From contig CAYYOT010000018.1 of assembly GCA_964473255.1 (NCBI GenBank), forward strand, positions 1,153 to 65,152: a stretch of DNA of 64,000 nt. Reading direction: 5' to 3'. Every line of letters starts with the position of its first letter. Positions within the stretch are counted from its first letter, which is position 1. The notes under the pieces were generated by a model, which saw nothing but the letters and a program-made list of their open reading frames with translations, did no database searches and was not told the origin of the DNA. This stretch comes from an uncultured Myxococcales bacterium (GTDB lineage: Bacteria > Myxococcota > Kuafuiibacteriia > Kuafuiibacteriales > Kuafuiibacteriaceae). The position numbers were made by a program, and so were the translations under genes. Positions 29,398-39,688 of this stretch are shown here, piece by piece.

Positions 29398-30373
29398 AGA
29401 GGGGGCCGCAGCAGGACCTTACCGCGAACCCGCCGCTGGCGAAGACGGTCGAGCGCTTCGGCCGCCGCTTCCAGCGGCAAGATATCGTCGACGTGGACCC
29501 GAACCCGTCCCGCCTCCAGCCAGCGGAAGAGCTCTCCCACGTGCTGTCGATGGCGTTCGGGCTGTCGCTTGACGAAGGCTCCCCAGTACACTCCGCGTAC
29601 ATCGTTCCCCTTGAGGAGCAGAAGGTTCGCAGGAAGCCGCGGAATGGTGCCGGAAGCGAAGCCAACGACGAGCAATCGGCCGCCCCAGGCCGTGGCCCGG
29701 AGCGCAGGCTCGGTACGCATTCCACCGACCGGATCGAAGACCACGTCTGCTCCTCGACCGTCCGTCAGTTCTCGGACCCGCGACTTGAGATCGTCTCGAT
29801 CGTAGAAGATGATCTCGTCGGCCCCTTGACGCCGACAGTGCTCCGCCTTGTCTTCACTGGAGACGGCGGCCAGCACTCGGGCCCCGGTCGCCTTTCCCAC
29901 CTGGACTGCGGCCGTCCCCACTCCGCCGGCCGCCCCGAGAACGAGCAGCGTCTCCCCCGGGGCGAGCCCGCCCCGATCCTCCAGTGCGTGCTTGGCCGTG
30001 CCGTAGGTCAAGAGCATGGCGGCCGCATCTTCGAGAGAGACCGCCTCGGGAACGCGCAAAGTGGAGGTCGCGGGCACTTCGACGTACTGCGCGTAAGCTC
30101 CGTAGGAGACGTTTCCGACGACCCTGTCCCCCACCGAGCGGTCGGCCACCCCCGGCCCCAGCTGAACGACTCGCCCCGCGAATTCGAGTCCCGGCACGAA
30201 CGGTAGCGGAGGCTGAACCTGATAGCGACCGGCGGTCATCAGGACATCGGGATAGTTGCCGCCCGACGCTCGTACCTCCACCCCACGCAGCCCGGGCCCC
30301 GCTACGGAATGCCGAGCCGCAGCGACACCAAGACTGCGGGCGACCCGTGCTCGAGGCAGACGATGGCCTTCAC
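29394..30373 (-). pseudogene. NADPH:quinone oxidoreductase (MDR/zeta-crystallin family), frameshifted near the 5' end
   Basis: Main ORF 29394-30281 has PFVPGLEFAG and GAAGGVG. The expected N-terminus MKAIVCLEHGSPAVL starts at GTG 30373 (overlapping the upstream stop) in another frame and hits TAG near 30302. Confidence 0.75.
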
Positions 30374-31341
30374 GACGAATCCGTAGACCTCATGGTTCGT
30401 TCGACGGCCGGAAGACGACGCATGAAGTCGTCGGCCCGGTCGAGGACGGGGTCCGGGCGACGCACCCACGTGAAGTGCACCTGCTCGTCGACGAGTTCGG
30501 GGATGACGACATGGGCGCGGCGCACCCGCTCACGCGGAAGCTTGTTCGCGAAGTCGCGGACCGCTGATTGGGGGGCGTAGATGCGGTCGCCCGCCAGAGA
30601 GAGGCTGAGCACGGGCAGGGAGGCTCCGGCGAGAACGCTCTCGGCGTCGTAAGAGCCGGATAGAACGTAGCGACCGGTTCGGGCCTGTCGAGTGAAGTCC
30701 GTCATGAGTCCCGCCGACTCGAGCGTGCCGAAGCCCAAATAGCGCCCCGGAAAGAAGCCCAGCGCGCGCGCGCTGAGCCCCCAGAAGGTGGTGAGCGCAT
30801 AGACGAGCGGGCCACTACGGCCCCAGTTCCGGTAGTGCACGGAAGACGACGAGACCAGGACCAGGCCCTCCGCCAAGTGCGGGCGCTGGGCGAGGACCAT
30901 GGAGCCCAACACTCCGCCCAGGCTGTGACCGAAGAGGACGCGCGGCGCGTGGGGAAGCCGCCGGCCGACGACCTGCAGCAATGCGGGCAGGTCCTTGTCG
31001 ATGATGTCGAGATAACCGTAGTCGATCCCAGGACGCGGTCGAACGTCGCTCGTGCCGTGTCCACGCTGGTCGGCGACCACCAGATCATAGCCGCGCTGAT
31101 TAAAGCCGGCGGCGAGGCGGTAGTAGTAGCTTGCGCCGACGCCCAAGGCGGGGAGAAGAACGACGACGGGCCGGCGACGACGACTCGTGCCGGAGAACAG
31201 CCGGGCCGAGAACCGATGGCCGTCGTTGGCCGCGACCGGTAGGTCCTCGCCGTCCCCCTCGCGCCGTGGGTCGACCGACCCTCGTTCGCTCGGGCGAAGG
31301 GACGAGTCGAGTCTCACCTTCCAACGATACCACAGCCGCAC
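30370..31341 (-). CDS. Alpha/beta fold hydrolase
   Basis: PALGVGASYY, DQRGHG, GHSLGG, HFTWVR; true start may lie somewhat downstream. Confidence 0.85.
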   Translation of the reverse strand: MRLWYRWKVRLDSSLRPSERGSVDPRREGDGEDLPVAANDGHRFSARLFSGTSRRRRPVVVLLPALGVGASYYYRLAAGFNQRGYDLVVADQRGHGTSDVRPRPGIDYGYLDIIDKDLPALLQVVGRRLPHAPRVLFGHSLGGVLGSMVLAQRPHLAEGLVLVSSSSVHYRNWGRSGPLVYALTTFWGLSARALGFFPGRYLGFGTLESAGLMTDFTRQARTGRYVLSGSYDAESVLAGASLPVLSLSLAGDRIYAPQSAVRDFANKLPRERVRRAHVVIPELVDEQVHFTWVRRPDPVLDRADDFMRRLPAVERTMRSTDSS

Positions 31342-31389
31342 ACGTCGTTACGGCTTGTCTGTCGTCCCCAACTCCGAGAGGGAGCTAGC

Positions 31390-32187
31390 GTGGCCGACTC
31401 CTTCCGCGACCGGCGGGTCATGATCACGGGAGCTTCATCGGGTATCGGTGCGGCGCTGGCGCGGGAGCTGGCCGAACGCGGCGCCCGGCTGGCTCTGGTC
31501 GCCCGCCGCAAAGACCGGATGCTCGCCCTGATCGGCGAATTGGGCGTCGAGGACCGCGCCCAGGCTTTCGAGTGTGATCTCTACGACCCATCCGGAAGGG
31601 AGGAACTCGCAGAGACGGTACGCGAGAATTTTGGGGCTCCCGACGTCCTTATTCTCAACGCCGGGACGAGCCAGCGGTCGCTGGTGGAGGAAACCTCGTT
31701 CGATGCGGTCCGGAAGCTCATGGAGCTGAACTTCTTCGCGACCGTGCACCTCGCCCAGATGTTCCTGCCCGACATGCTCGCCCAGCGCGGCGGGAACATC
31801 GCAGTCGTCAGCAGCGTGGTGGGGTACGTCGCGACCCCGAAGCGGAGCGTGTATAGCGCCTCGAAACATGCACTTCACGGGTTCTTCGAGGCACTACGGG
31901 CCGAAGTGCTCGACCGCGGGGTTCGCGTTCACTTGATCTGCCCGGGCTACGTGCAGACCGAAATCGGAGAAGGGTCACTGACCGCATCGGGCCAACCGCG
32001 CGGTCCGGGCGCCCCGGCACCTGCCCGCGGAATCTCGGCGCAGCGGTGCGCCCGCGCGATCCTGCGGGCCATCGAGAAAGGACGCCGCGAAACCTACGTC
32101 GGCGGACGAGAGGTCGCCGCCATCTATCTTCGGCGCTACCTGCCCGACGTGCTGGCTCGCTTCACCCCTCGAGCTGCCCCCCGCTGA
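31390..32187 (+). CDS. SDR family oxidoreductase (DHRS7-like)
   Basis: TGASSGIG, NAG, YSASK; SD GAGGGAG upstream. Confidence 0.92.
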   Translation: MADSFRDRRVMITGASSGIGAALARELAERGARLALVARRKDRMLALIGELGVEDRAQAFECDLYDPSGREELAETVRENFGAPDVLILNAGTSQRSLVEETSFDAVRKLMELNFFATVHLAQMFLPDMLAQRGGNIAVVSSVVGYVATPKRSVYSASKHALHGFFEALRAEVLDRGVRVHLICPGYVQTEIGEGSLTASGQPRGPGAPAPARGISAQRCARAILRAIEKGRRETYVGGREVAAIYLRRYLPDVLARFTPRAAPR

Positions 32188-32190
32188 GTC

Positions 32191-32667
32191 TCAGCCGTCG
32201 AGAAAGCCGGAGATCATCCCTCCGACCCCGCCGCCCGACTCACCCTGCCCCGTGAGAAACGGAGCAAGCTCGGCAAGCTGAGCGACGAAGTTCTCGTCGA
32301 GCCGCGACCGCAGGAAGCTCATCACCAGCGGCGCGACCGCCGTGAGCTGCTGCGGGTCGATTCCCAGCTTGGCTACCAGAGGCGCCAGGGCGGCCAGCTC
32401 TCCTCCGCCGCCGAGCGCCGATGCCGCCGTCCCCAGGAGGCCCCCCAAGCCGCCGGCGAACGCTCCTTCCTCGCTGTTCGCCAGCTCCGCGGCCCGCCCC
32501 TGCCAGTCGCCGAGCTCGGGGATGGCCGTTTCGAAGTGGTTCGTCGCCTCTGCCCCGAGTCGATCCGACGCGAGGCCCTTGACGTAGCTGAGAACGCCGC
32601 CGGCCAACGCCTGCGACTGAGAGGATTCGAGTCCGAGCTGGTCTGTCAGCTGCGCGATCAAGTCCAT
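32191..32667 (-). CDS. Hypothetical Gly/Leu-rich protein (DUF2780-like)
   Basis: MDLIAQLTDQLG...ALAGGVL and GGLGGLLG low-complexity pattern; downstream of the DUF4332 gene. Confidence 0.6.
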   Translation of the reverse strand: MDLIAQLTDQLGLESSQSQALAGGVLSYVKGLASDRLGAEATNHFETAIPELGDWQGRAAELANSEEGAFAGGLGGLLGTAASALGGGGELAALAPLVAKLGIDPQQLTAVAPLVMSFLRSRLDENFVAQLAELAPFLTGQGESGGGVGGMISGFLDG

Positions 32668-32680
32668 GAGTCCCGCAGCC

Positions 32681-33088
32681 TCAGTGGGTGATGACCGCCG
32701 GGAGAGTACCGGCCTGCTCGACCCATTCGCTCACGACGGACGCAGCCGGGACCGCGCGGGTGAGCTTCTTGGTCTCGTTGACCTCGGCCATCTTGGCGGC
32801 GAGATTGTCGGGATTTCTCGTGGCCAGCTCCTTCACGGTATCGACGCCCGAAGCCTCCAAGAGCTCCGAGTACTCCGAGCCGATGCCTTTGATGCGCATG
32901 AGGTCGGCCATGTTCGCCCACTTGAGGAGGTGCGAAGCTTCGACGCCCGTCTTCTCGCTCACCGTCTTTCGTCCGGGAGCGGAGCAGCAAAGCTCGAGCA
33001 GGTCGTCGGTGGTCTCGATGTTGGCCTCGCGGAGCTTGGCTCCGTAGAGCGTGCCGATCCCTTCGATGTCTTCGATTTTGTAGGTCAT
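32681..33088 (-). CDS. DUF4332 domain protein (helix-hairpin-helix)
   Basis: YKIEDIEGIG, WANMADLMRIKGIG, LLEASGVDTVKELATRN. Confidence 0.88.
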   Translation of the reverse strand: MTYKIEDIEGIGTLYGAKLREANIETTDDLLELCCSAPGRKTVSEKTGVEASHLLKWANMADLMRIKGIGSEYSELLEASGVDTVKELATRNPDNLAAKMAEVNETKKLTRAVPAASVVSEWVEQAGTLPAVITH

Positions 33089-33181
33089 GCCTTCCCATAG
33101 ATCAGTCGTATCGACGCCACCATCACCCTGGATTTCACGTCCTCTGGACCCGGCGAAGCCCGCAGGGTACTCCGATGCGTC

Positions 33182-34426
33182 GTGCGTTCGATCCGTTCAG
33201 CCCTGCAAGCCATGCTGCCCCATTTCGAGCCCCTCGGTGTGGAGCGTGTCCCGCTGCGTCAAGCAGCGCACCGATTTGTCGCGCGGCCTGTGCGGGCCCG
33301 GTACGATCTTCCCCCGTTCGACAACAGCGCGATGGATGGCTGGGCCGTCCGCAGCTCGGATCTGGAGTCGGCTCGGGCCGATTCCCCCGTCCGGCTGGCG
33401 CAGGCGGGCGAGTCTCGAGCCGGAGGTGAAGGACCTCTCCCGCAGCTTCGCTCGGGCGAGACCATTCGAATCTTCACCGGAGCCGTCGTCCCTCCGGGGG
33501 CCGACACCGTGGTCATGCAGGAATACGCGTCGGAAGAACGGGAGGTCGTCTCTTTCGGGCGCCCTATCAAAGCCGGAGCCAACATCCGCCGTCGAGGTGA
33601 AGACCTTCGCGCCGAGAGCGAGATGCTGGGCGTCGGAGCACGACTCGCCGCAGGAGAGATCGGGCTCCTCGCCAGCCAGCGACATGCTGCGATCGACGTC
33701 TTCCGTCGCCCGGTCGTCGCCGTCATCAGCACCGGAGACGAGCTCCGCGACATCGGCGATCCGGCAGAGCCACACACGATCGTCAATTCGAACGGCTACG
33801 CCCTGGCCACCCAGATCGAAGACGCGGGGGCCGTGCCCTGGGTCCTGCCCGTCGTCCCCGATGAACCGAGGGCTACGACCGAGGCAATCCGCGAGGCGCT
33901 CCGAGCCGACGTGGTGCTGACCGTCGGCGGCATCAGCGTAGGCGAGCACGACTACGTCAAAGCCGCCTTCGGCGAGGCTGGCGTCGACCTGGACTTCTGG
34001 AAGGTGCGGATGAAGCCCGGCAAGCCTTTGACGTTCGGGCGGTCCGGACAGGTACCGGTGGTAGGGCTTCCCGGAAATCCCGTTTCGGCGGTCGTGACCT
34101 TCGAGCTCTTCGTACGGCCCGGCTTGCGCCGTATGCTCGGGGACCCCCGGCCGTTTCGTGCCCGAACGCGGGTGCGGCTCAGCCGCGATCACCGTCACTC
34201 CGTCGGGCGCACCGAACTCGCTCGAGCCACCCTCGAACGCCGGCCGGAGGGGGACTATGCGACCCCCCTCAGCCTTCAGGGCTCGGGTTCACTGCCATCG
34301 ATGGTCGGCGTCGACGTTCTGCTCGTACTTCCCGCCGATGTCGGCGAGTTCGCAGCCGAAAGTGAGCTTGACGCCCTGCTGATTCACGACCGTCTCGGAA
34401 GCCCCGAGATTCCCATCCAGGACTGA
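33182..34426 (+). CDS. moeA: Molybdopterin molybdotransferase
   Basis: PPFDNSAMDG, IFTGA, STGDEL, MKPGKP, GLPGNPVSA. Confidence 0.95.
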   Translation: MRSIRSALQAMLPHFEPLGVERVPLRQAAHRFVARPVRARYDLPPFDNSAMDGWAVRSSDLESARADSPVRLAQAGESRAGGEGPLPQLRSGETIRIFTGAVVPPGADTVVMQEYASEEREVVSFGRPIKAGANIRRRGEDLRAESEMLGVGARLAAGEIGLLASQRHAAIDVFRRPVVAVISTGDELRDIGDPAEPHTIVNSNGYALATQIEDAGAVPWVLPVVPDEPRATTEAIREALRADVVLTVGGISVGEHDYVKAAFGEAGVDLDFWKVRMKPGKPLTFGRSGQVPVVGLPGNPVSAVVTFELFVRPGLRRMLGDPRPFRARTRVRLSRDHRHSVGRTELARATLERRPEGDYATPLSLQGSGSLPSMVGVDVLLVLPADVGEFAAESELDALLIHDRLGSPEIPIQD

Positions 34427-34435
34427 ATCCCCGTC

Positions 34436-34735
34436 TCAGGACTGGTCGGCCGCCGCCAAGGCCGCATCGAGTCGCTTTTCGATGGAGGCCTTGACGCGTT
34501 CGGGTTTGATCCCGGCGGCTCGCGCGATCATCCCCAGCTTCACCGTCACCTTGACCGAGGCGGGGAGCAGATCGATCTGTCCCGAAGCGCCGGTGCCCTT
34601 CATGAGGGCGACGCTTCCCCGCCAGTCCATCTGCAGGCCGTACTTGGACCGAATCTCGTCTTCGAAAGGCACCAGAGCCTTTCGAAGCTCATCGGCTGAC
34701 AACGAATGGGCGCGCTCAACCACGACGGAACTCAT
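34436..34735 (-). CDS. Polyhydroxyalkanoic acid system family protein (PHA_gran_rgn-like)
   Basis: About 99 aa; ERAHSL...KYGL..DW.G......GTGASG pattern. Confidence 0.65.
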   Translation of the reverse strand: MSSVVVERAHSLSADELRKALVPFEDEIRSKYGLQMDWRGSVALMKGTGASGQIDLLPASVKVTVKLGMIARAAGIKPERVKASIEKRLDAALAAADQS

Positions 34736-34809
34736 GCTCTCGCCCATACCCTCTTGCAACCCCCGACGTCGAGGTGGACGGCATCAACGCGGTTTGGCAG
34801 CTTCGGGTC

Positions 34810-35631
34810 ATGACTTTGGTGGAGGACCGCTTTGTCGAGACCGCCCTGAAGGTTGCCACCACCGGCGCGTCCGAGGCGCTCCGCTGGTTTCGCGGCAGCT
34901 TCGAGATCGAGAACAAGAGCGTCGAGAGCTTCGACCCGGTCACGAACGCAGACCGCGCCGCGGAACAAGCCATGCGTTCGCTTCTGACCGCCGCATTTCC
35001 CGAACATGGCATCCTGGGGGAGGAATTCGGCGAAACGCCGTCCGACGGACCGTGGCGCTGGGTGCTCGATCCGGTCGACGGCACACGTGGATTCCTCTCC
35101 GGAGCCCCCACTTGGACCACCCTGGTCGCATTGGAGCATGCCGGCGTTCCGCAGGTCGGAGTGATCCGGCAGCCGTACACGGAAGAAACGTGGGTCGGCC
35201 GTCCTGGGGCGACCGTGTTCTCGCATCGCGACGAGGCTCGAGCCGCCCGGGTCTCGACCTGCCGAGACCTGGAGTCCGCTCGAATCTCCACGACCGATCC
35301 CCGAGCTCGGCCGGCCGGATACTTTCGGACGCAGGAAGCTCTCGCCTTCGAAGAGCTCAGCCGGAAGACGCTAGTCGCCCGATTTAGCCACGACGCCTAC
35401 GCGTACGGACTGCTGGCCCTGGGTTCACTCGACCTCGTCGTCGAATCGAGCCTCCAAGTCTACGACGTGGCGGCCCTGGTACCGGTGGTCGAGGGCGCGG
35501 GCGGAACCATCACCAATTGGCGAGGTGGGTCCGATCTCTCCGGCGGGCGCACCTTGGCCGCCGCGACACCCGAACTGCACAGCGAGGCACTGCAGATCCT
35601 GCTCCCCTTCATTCGTGACAGCGACGGCTGA
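34810..35631 (+). CDS. hisN: Inositol monophosphatase family, probable histidinol-phosphatase
   Basis: FDPVTNADRAAE, GILGEEFG, WVLDPVDGT, YDVAAL, W in the PTW motif. Confidence 0.75.
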   Translation: MTLVEDRFVETALKVATTGASEALRWFRGSFEIENKSVESFDPVTNADRAAEQAMRSLLTAAFPEHGILGEEFGETPSDGPWRWVLDPVDGTRGFLSGAPTWTTLVALEHAGVPQVGVIRQPYTEETWVGRPGATVFSHRDEARAARVSTCRDLESARISTTDPRARPAGYFRTQEALAFEELSRKTLVARFSHDAYAYGLLALGSLDLVVESSLQVYDVAALVPVVEGAGGTITNWRGGSDLSGGRTLAAATPELHSEALQILLPFIRDSDG

Positions 35632-35674
35632 CCGCTCGCTTGGCGCGAAAGCCCCCCCGCGCTAAGCCCACCAC

Positions 35675-36256
35675 ATGAAGATCGCGGTTCTGCTGGTCGA
35701 TGGTTATGCAGACTGGGAGCCGGCCCTGCTCCTCGCCGAAGCCCGGCGTTCCGGCGGAGCGGAGACGGTCGCCATCAAGGCCCACTCGGGCGTCGTCCGT
35801 TCGATGGGGGGGTTGGAGCTCGCCGACGCGATCGACGTCGAACAGGCCGACCCCGCTCGATATCGCGCTCTCGTGATCCCAGGCGGTACCCGCTGGGAAG
35901 ACGACGTCCCGGCCGAAGTCATCGGTCTCATTCAGCGATGCCACGACGAGGGCGTCATGATCGGCGCGATCTGCGCCGGGACGATCCCGCTCGCGCGGAC
36001 GGGTCTGCTGCACCACCGTTCCCACACCAGCAACGGTCACGCGTATCTCGCCAAACACGTCCCGGACTTTGCCGAGGCTTCATCGTACCGGAACGAGCTC
36101 GTCGTTCGCGATGAGTCGATCATCACCGCGAGCGGGCTCGGCTACGCCGAGTTTGCTCGCGAGATGCTGGAGGCGCTGGACATCCTCTCCGACGACCACG
36201 CCGAGCAGTGGTACGAAGTCTTCAAACGGGGTGAGAAGTTTCACGAGACGGCCTGA
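35675..36256 (+). CDS. DJ-1/PfpI family protein
   Basis: GYADWE, SMGGL, IPGG, GAICAG, HTSN. Confidence 0.9.
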   Translation: MKIAVLLVDGYADWEPALLLAEARRSGGAETVAIKAHSGVVRSMGGLELADAIDVEQADPARYRALVIPGGTRWEDDVPAEVIGLIQRCHDEGVMIGAICAGTIPLARTGLLHHRSHTSNGHAYLAKHVPDFAEASSYRNELVVRDESIITASGLGYAEFAREMLEALDILSDDHAEQWYEVFKRGEKFHETA

Positions 36257-36526
36257 TCAGTTCACCCGGGAGACGCCGGGGCCGGCGATCAGCGCCGCGA
36301 CCATCGCACCCAGCAGCACCCCCAGGCCGATGAAACGCCAGCGACGCGCTCCGTGGGTAGTTCGTGCGACCAGCCCGATGCCGCCCCCGGCGATCAGGAG
36401 GCCCGTGCCCAGCAGACGCACCTCGACCTCGTCGAGCCGGGAAGCGGCCAGCGCCGTCTGCACGACCCCCATGACCATCAGCACGGTCCCCACCCACGGG
36501 ACGAGGCGGTGCATGGAAGCGCGCAT
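36257..36526 (-). CDS. Small three-TM hypothetical membrane protein
   Basis: 89-aa hydrophobic ORF filling the gap below the ABC transporter. Confidence 0.55.
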   Translation of the reverse strand: MRASMHRLVPWVGTVLMVMGVVQTALAASRLDEVEVRLLGTGLLIAGGGIGLVARTTHGARRWRFIGLGVLLGAMVAALIAGPGVSRVN

Positions 36527-36564
36527 GCGGGCGGCGGTAGCAGGGGGGGCCCGGTCCGTCGAGT

Positions 36565-38331
36565 CTAGGCGTCGACGGTGAGCGCCGCGTCGGGATCTTC
36601 TTCCGCCTGCTGCTCGGCCCACATCGATGCATAGCGACCGTTCTTGGCCAGGAGCCCATCGTGGGTTCCTCGTTCTTCGATCCGCCCGTCTACGAGCACC
36701 AAGATTTCGTCGGCGTCGACCACGGTCGAGAGTCGATGAGCGATGATCAGTGTGGTCCGCCCCTCGCTCGCCGCCCACATCTCGCTTTGGATTTCTCGCT
36801 CGGTGGCCGAGTCGAGCGCCGAGGTTGCTTCGTCGAGGATGAGGATGGACGGCTCTTTCAGGAACACCCGGGCTATGGCCACTCGCTGCTTTTCCCCGCC
36901 GGAAAGCTTCAGCCCGCGCTCCCCCACCATCGTGTCCCAACCGTCGGGCGTGCTGCGAACGAAGCCGTCGATGCGCGCCTGTCGCGCGGCTGCTTCGACC
37001 TCCTCGAACCTGGCGGTGGGTCGCCCGTAGGCCAGGTTCATGCGCAGCGTATCGTTGAAGAGAACCGTATCCTGGGGAACGATCCCGATGTTCCGCCGGA
37101 GTGCGTCGAGCGAGAGCGTGCGAATGTCTTCGCCGTCCACCAGGATGGCGCCCTCATCGGGGTCGTAGAAGCGGAAGAGGAGCCGAGCGACGGTGGACTT
37201 GCCGGAGCCACTCGGACCGACCAGAGCGACCCGCCGACCGGGGCCGATGGAGAACGTCAGGCGCTGGAGCACGGGTCTTCGGGGATCGTAGCCGAACGTG
37301 ACCGAGTCAAACGTCACCCCCCGTGGTCCCGGCCCGAGGCTCTTCGCGTCGGCCGACTCCGGCACGTCGGACGATTCGCCCAGCAGCGAGAACATCTGCT
37401 CCATGTTGACCAAGGACTGCTTCACGCTGCGGTAGACCCATCCGAAGATGTTCAGCGGCTGGGCGAGCTGAATCATGTAGGTGTTGACGAGAACGAAGTC
37501 TCCCACCGTCAAGCGGCCATCGACGATACCCTGGGCCGCCATGTACATGAGCATGGTGACGCCACCGGCTACGACGAAGGCCTGGCCCAAGTTCAAAAGC
37601 GAGAGGCTGGACTGACTACGGACCGCAGCGCGCTCATACTTGGCGAGAGCTTCATCGTAGGCGCGGGCTTCCGCCTTTTCATTTCCGAAGTACTTGACGG
37701 TTTCGTAGTTCAACAGGCTGTCGACCGCACGGGTGTTGGCGCGGCTGTCCGCATCGTTCATCTGGCGACGAAACTTGATGCGCCACTCCGTCGTGGTGAC
37801 GGTGAAAGCCACATAGATGACGACGGTCGCCGCGGTCACCAAAGCGAAGCTCCAGGAGAAGCGGCGCAAGAGGATGACCAACACCAGAATCAGCTCGAAC
37901 GCCGTGGGCAGGATGTTGAAGAGGGCGACGCCAAGGACGCTCGAGATCGCGCTGGTTCCGCGCTCTACGGCGCGAGCGAGACCTCCCGTCTGACGGTCGA
38001 GATGAAAACGCAAGGACAGGCCGTGCAGATGTTCGAAGACCTGGACCGCCGAGCGGCGCATGGCGCGCTGAGCGACCTTCTCGAAGACCGCATCCCGAAG
38101 TTGGTTGAATCCCAGCGAACCGACGCGGGCCAGGCCATAGGCGACGATGACCCCGACCGGAAGCACCAGGGCCGTTCGATCGACGGACGGCGTGAGCGCG
38201 TCGACGGCTTCCTTGTAGAGGATGGGCACCCAGACGTTGAGCAGCTTGGCCGCGAGGATGAAGGTGAACGCGAGGACGACGCGAAGGCGCAGCCCCCAAG
38301 CTCCTTCCGGCCAAAGGTACCCCCCCAACAT
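36565..38331 (-). CDS. atm1: ATM1/HMT1-type ABCB exporter (permease + ATPase)
   Basis: LSLRFHLDRQTG, DSLLNYETVKYF, GPSGSGKST, VPQDTVLFN, GERGLKLSGGEKQR. Confidence 0.92.
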   Translation of the reverse strand: MLGGYLWPEGAWGLRLRVVLAFTFILAAKLLNVWVPILYKEAVDALTPSVDRTALVLPVGVIVAYGLARVGSLGFNQLRDAVFEKVAQRAMRRSAVQVFEHLHGLSLRFHLDRQTGGLARAVERGTSAISSVLGVALFNILPTAFELILVLVILLRRFSWSFALVTAATVVIYVAFTVTTTEWRIKFRRQMNDADSRANTRAVDSLLNYETVKYFGNEKAEARAYDEALAKYERAAVRSQSSLSLLNLGQAFVVAGGVTMLMYMAAQGIVDGRLTVGDFVLVNTYMIQLAQPLNIFGWVYRSVKQSLVNMEQMFSLLGESSDVPESADAKSLGPGPRGVTFDSVTFGYDPRRPVLQRLTFSIGPGRRVALVGPSGSGKSTVARLLFRFYDPDEGAILVDGEDIRTLSLDALRRNIGIVPQDTVLFNDTLRMNLAYGRPTARFEEVEAAARQARIDGFVRSTPDGWDTMVGERGLKLSGGEKQRVAIARVFLKEPSILILDEATSALDSATEREIQSEMWAASEGRTTLIIAHRLSTVVDADEILVLVDGRIEERGTHDGLLAKNGRYASMWAEQQAEEDPDAALTVDA

Positions 38332-38360
38332 CCGGAGGGTCTTCAGAGTGCCTAGCTGAC

Positions 38361-39194
38361 TCAGGACATCAGCTCGCGAATGAAGGTCGGCTGGGCAAAC
38401 GCCGCTTGGGCGACGTCTCGGTTCAAATACTTGAGGGCTGGCTCGAGGCGAGCCAGTCGAACCTCGTCCCAGTCGGAAAGGACGGAAGGGCTACCGGCAA
38501 CCGTCCATGACCAGATCGAGGCTCCGTAAAGGGGAACGAATCCGAAGTACGGTCGCACGCAGGCGAACACCTCGCGCAGCGTTTTCTGGGTCTGACGAAA
38601 GACCTCTTCCATCAAGAGCGGGGATTCGGACTGCAGCCCGAAGACACCCTCCTTCTTGAGAACGCGCCGGACGTGGTCATAGAACGAACGGTTGAACAGG
38701 CCCTCGGCCGGACCCACGGGGTCGGATCCGTCGAGCAGGACGACGTCGTACGCAGCCGTCGGCGCTCGCGCGACGAAATCGATACCATCAGCGATCACGA
38801 CGTCTAGCCGCGGGTCGTCCCAGGCACCGATCGACGGCAAATACTCGCGGCAGAGCTCGACGACACGCCGGTCGATCTCCACCATCGTGACCCTTTCGAC
38901 CGAATCGTGCCGGAGCACCTCGCGAGCCGTTCCCCCGTCGCCCCCGCCCACGATCAGCACGTTGCGGGGGGCCTGCACCATGCACAGGGGCAGGTGCGTG
39001 ATCATCTCATGGTAGAAGTACTCATCCTTCTCGCTGGTCATGAACAGACCGTCGAGGGTCATGGCCCGTCCGTAAGCGGCGGTCTCGAATAGCTCGATCG
39101 TCTGGAACTCCGATTGCTCGCGCACGAGTCGTTGCGTGACGCGAAAGCCGATGCGCACACGGTCTTGAAAGGTCTCGTCGTACCAGTCGGACAT
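38361..39194 (-). CDS. speE: Polyamine aminopropyltransferase (spermidine synthase)
   Basis: SEFQ, LDG, DEYFYHEM, VGGGDGG, VEID, DGSDPVG; start MSDWY at 39194 after GAGG. Confidence 0.94.
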   Translation of the reverse strand: MSDWYDETFQDRVRIGFRVTQRLVREQSEFQTIELFETAAYGRAMTLDGLFMTSEKDEYFYHEMITHLPLCMVQAPRNVLIVGGGDGGTAREVLRHDSVERVTMVEIDRRVVELCREYLPSIGAWDDPRLDVVIADGIDFVARAPTAAYDVVLLDGSDPVGPAEGLFNRSFYDHVRRVLKKEGVFGLQSESPLLMEEVFRQTQKTLREVFACVRPYFGFVPLYGASIWSWTVAGSPSVLSDWDEVRLARLEPALKYLNRDVAQAAFAQPTFIRELMS

Positions 39195-39202
39195 GGTCGA
39201 CC

Positions 39203-39619
39203 TCACCGGTCTCCGACCGCCTGCTTCGGCCGGTCGTCGACCCGATGTTCGCCCACCTGGATGCTCTGGCGCGGCTCGACCCCGCGCTCCACGGTCAGGA
39301 GCTCCGAGCGCTCGGCCTGCAGCGCCCGCCGCAGGACCTCGTAGGCTCGGCTCGGCTCGCAGTCTCCGCAGGTGTAGAAGTCGACGGCCGCGTAGCCGGA
39401 CTCCGGCCACGTGTGGACCGACAAGTGTGACTCTTCGATCACGACGACACCGCTCACTCCGTGCGGCGTGAATCTATGAAAGACCGTAGCCACCACGGTG
39501 GCACCGGCTGCCACCGCAGCCTCCTGCAGCATCGCGCGAATCGCGTTTTCGTCGTTGAGAATGAAATTCGGGCATCCGTAGTACTCGGCGAGTACGTGCT
39601 GCCCCCGCGTATCGATCAA
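39203..39619 (-). CDS. speD: S-adenosylmethionine decarboxylase proenzyme
   Basis: GQHVLAE, GVSGVVVIEESHLSVHTWPE (autocleavage site), DFYTCG; TTG start. Confidence 0.94.
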   Translation of the reverse strand: MIDTRGQHVLAEYYGCPNFILNDENAIRAMLQEAAVAAGATVVATVFHRFTPHGVSGVVVIEESHLSVHTWPESGYAAVDFYTCGDCEPSRAYEVLRRALQAERSELLTVERGVEPRQSIQVGEHRVDDRPKQAVGDR

Positions 39620-39688
39620 TTTAGCTTCTCACCCCTCTCTTGGCACGCGAAGCGCGTCTCTGCGCCCGCGGAACGATCCGAACCCAGC

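Noticed and set aside
39640-39656. TGGCACG-containing sigma54-like site on the plus strand
   Set aside because: Poor -12 element and it points antisense into alkA.
39620-39688. Possible SAM-II/SAM-V riboswitch before speD (GCUAAA near the start)
   Set aside because: The 5' UGAUUU-type element and pseudoknot pairing are absent; kept only as a generic structured leader.
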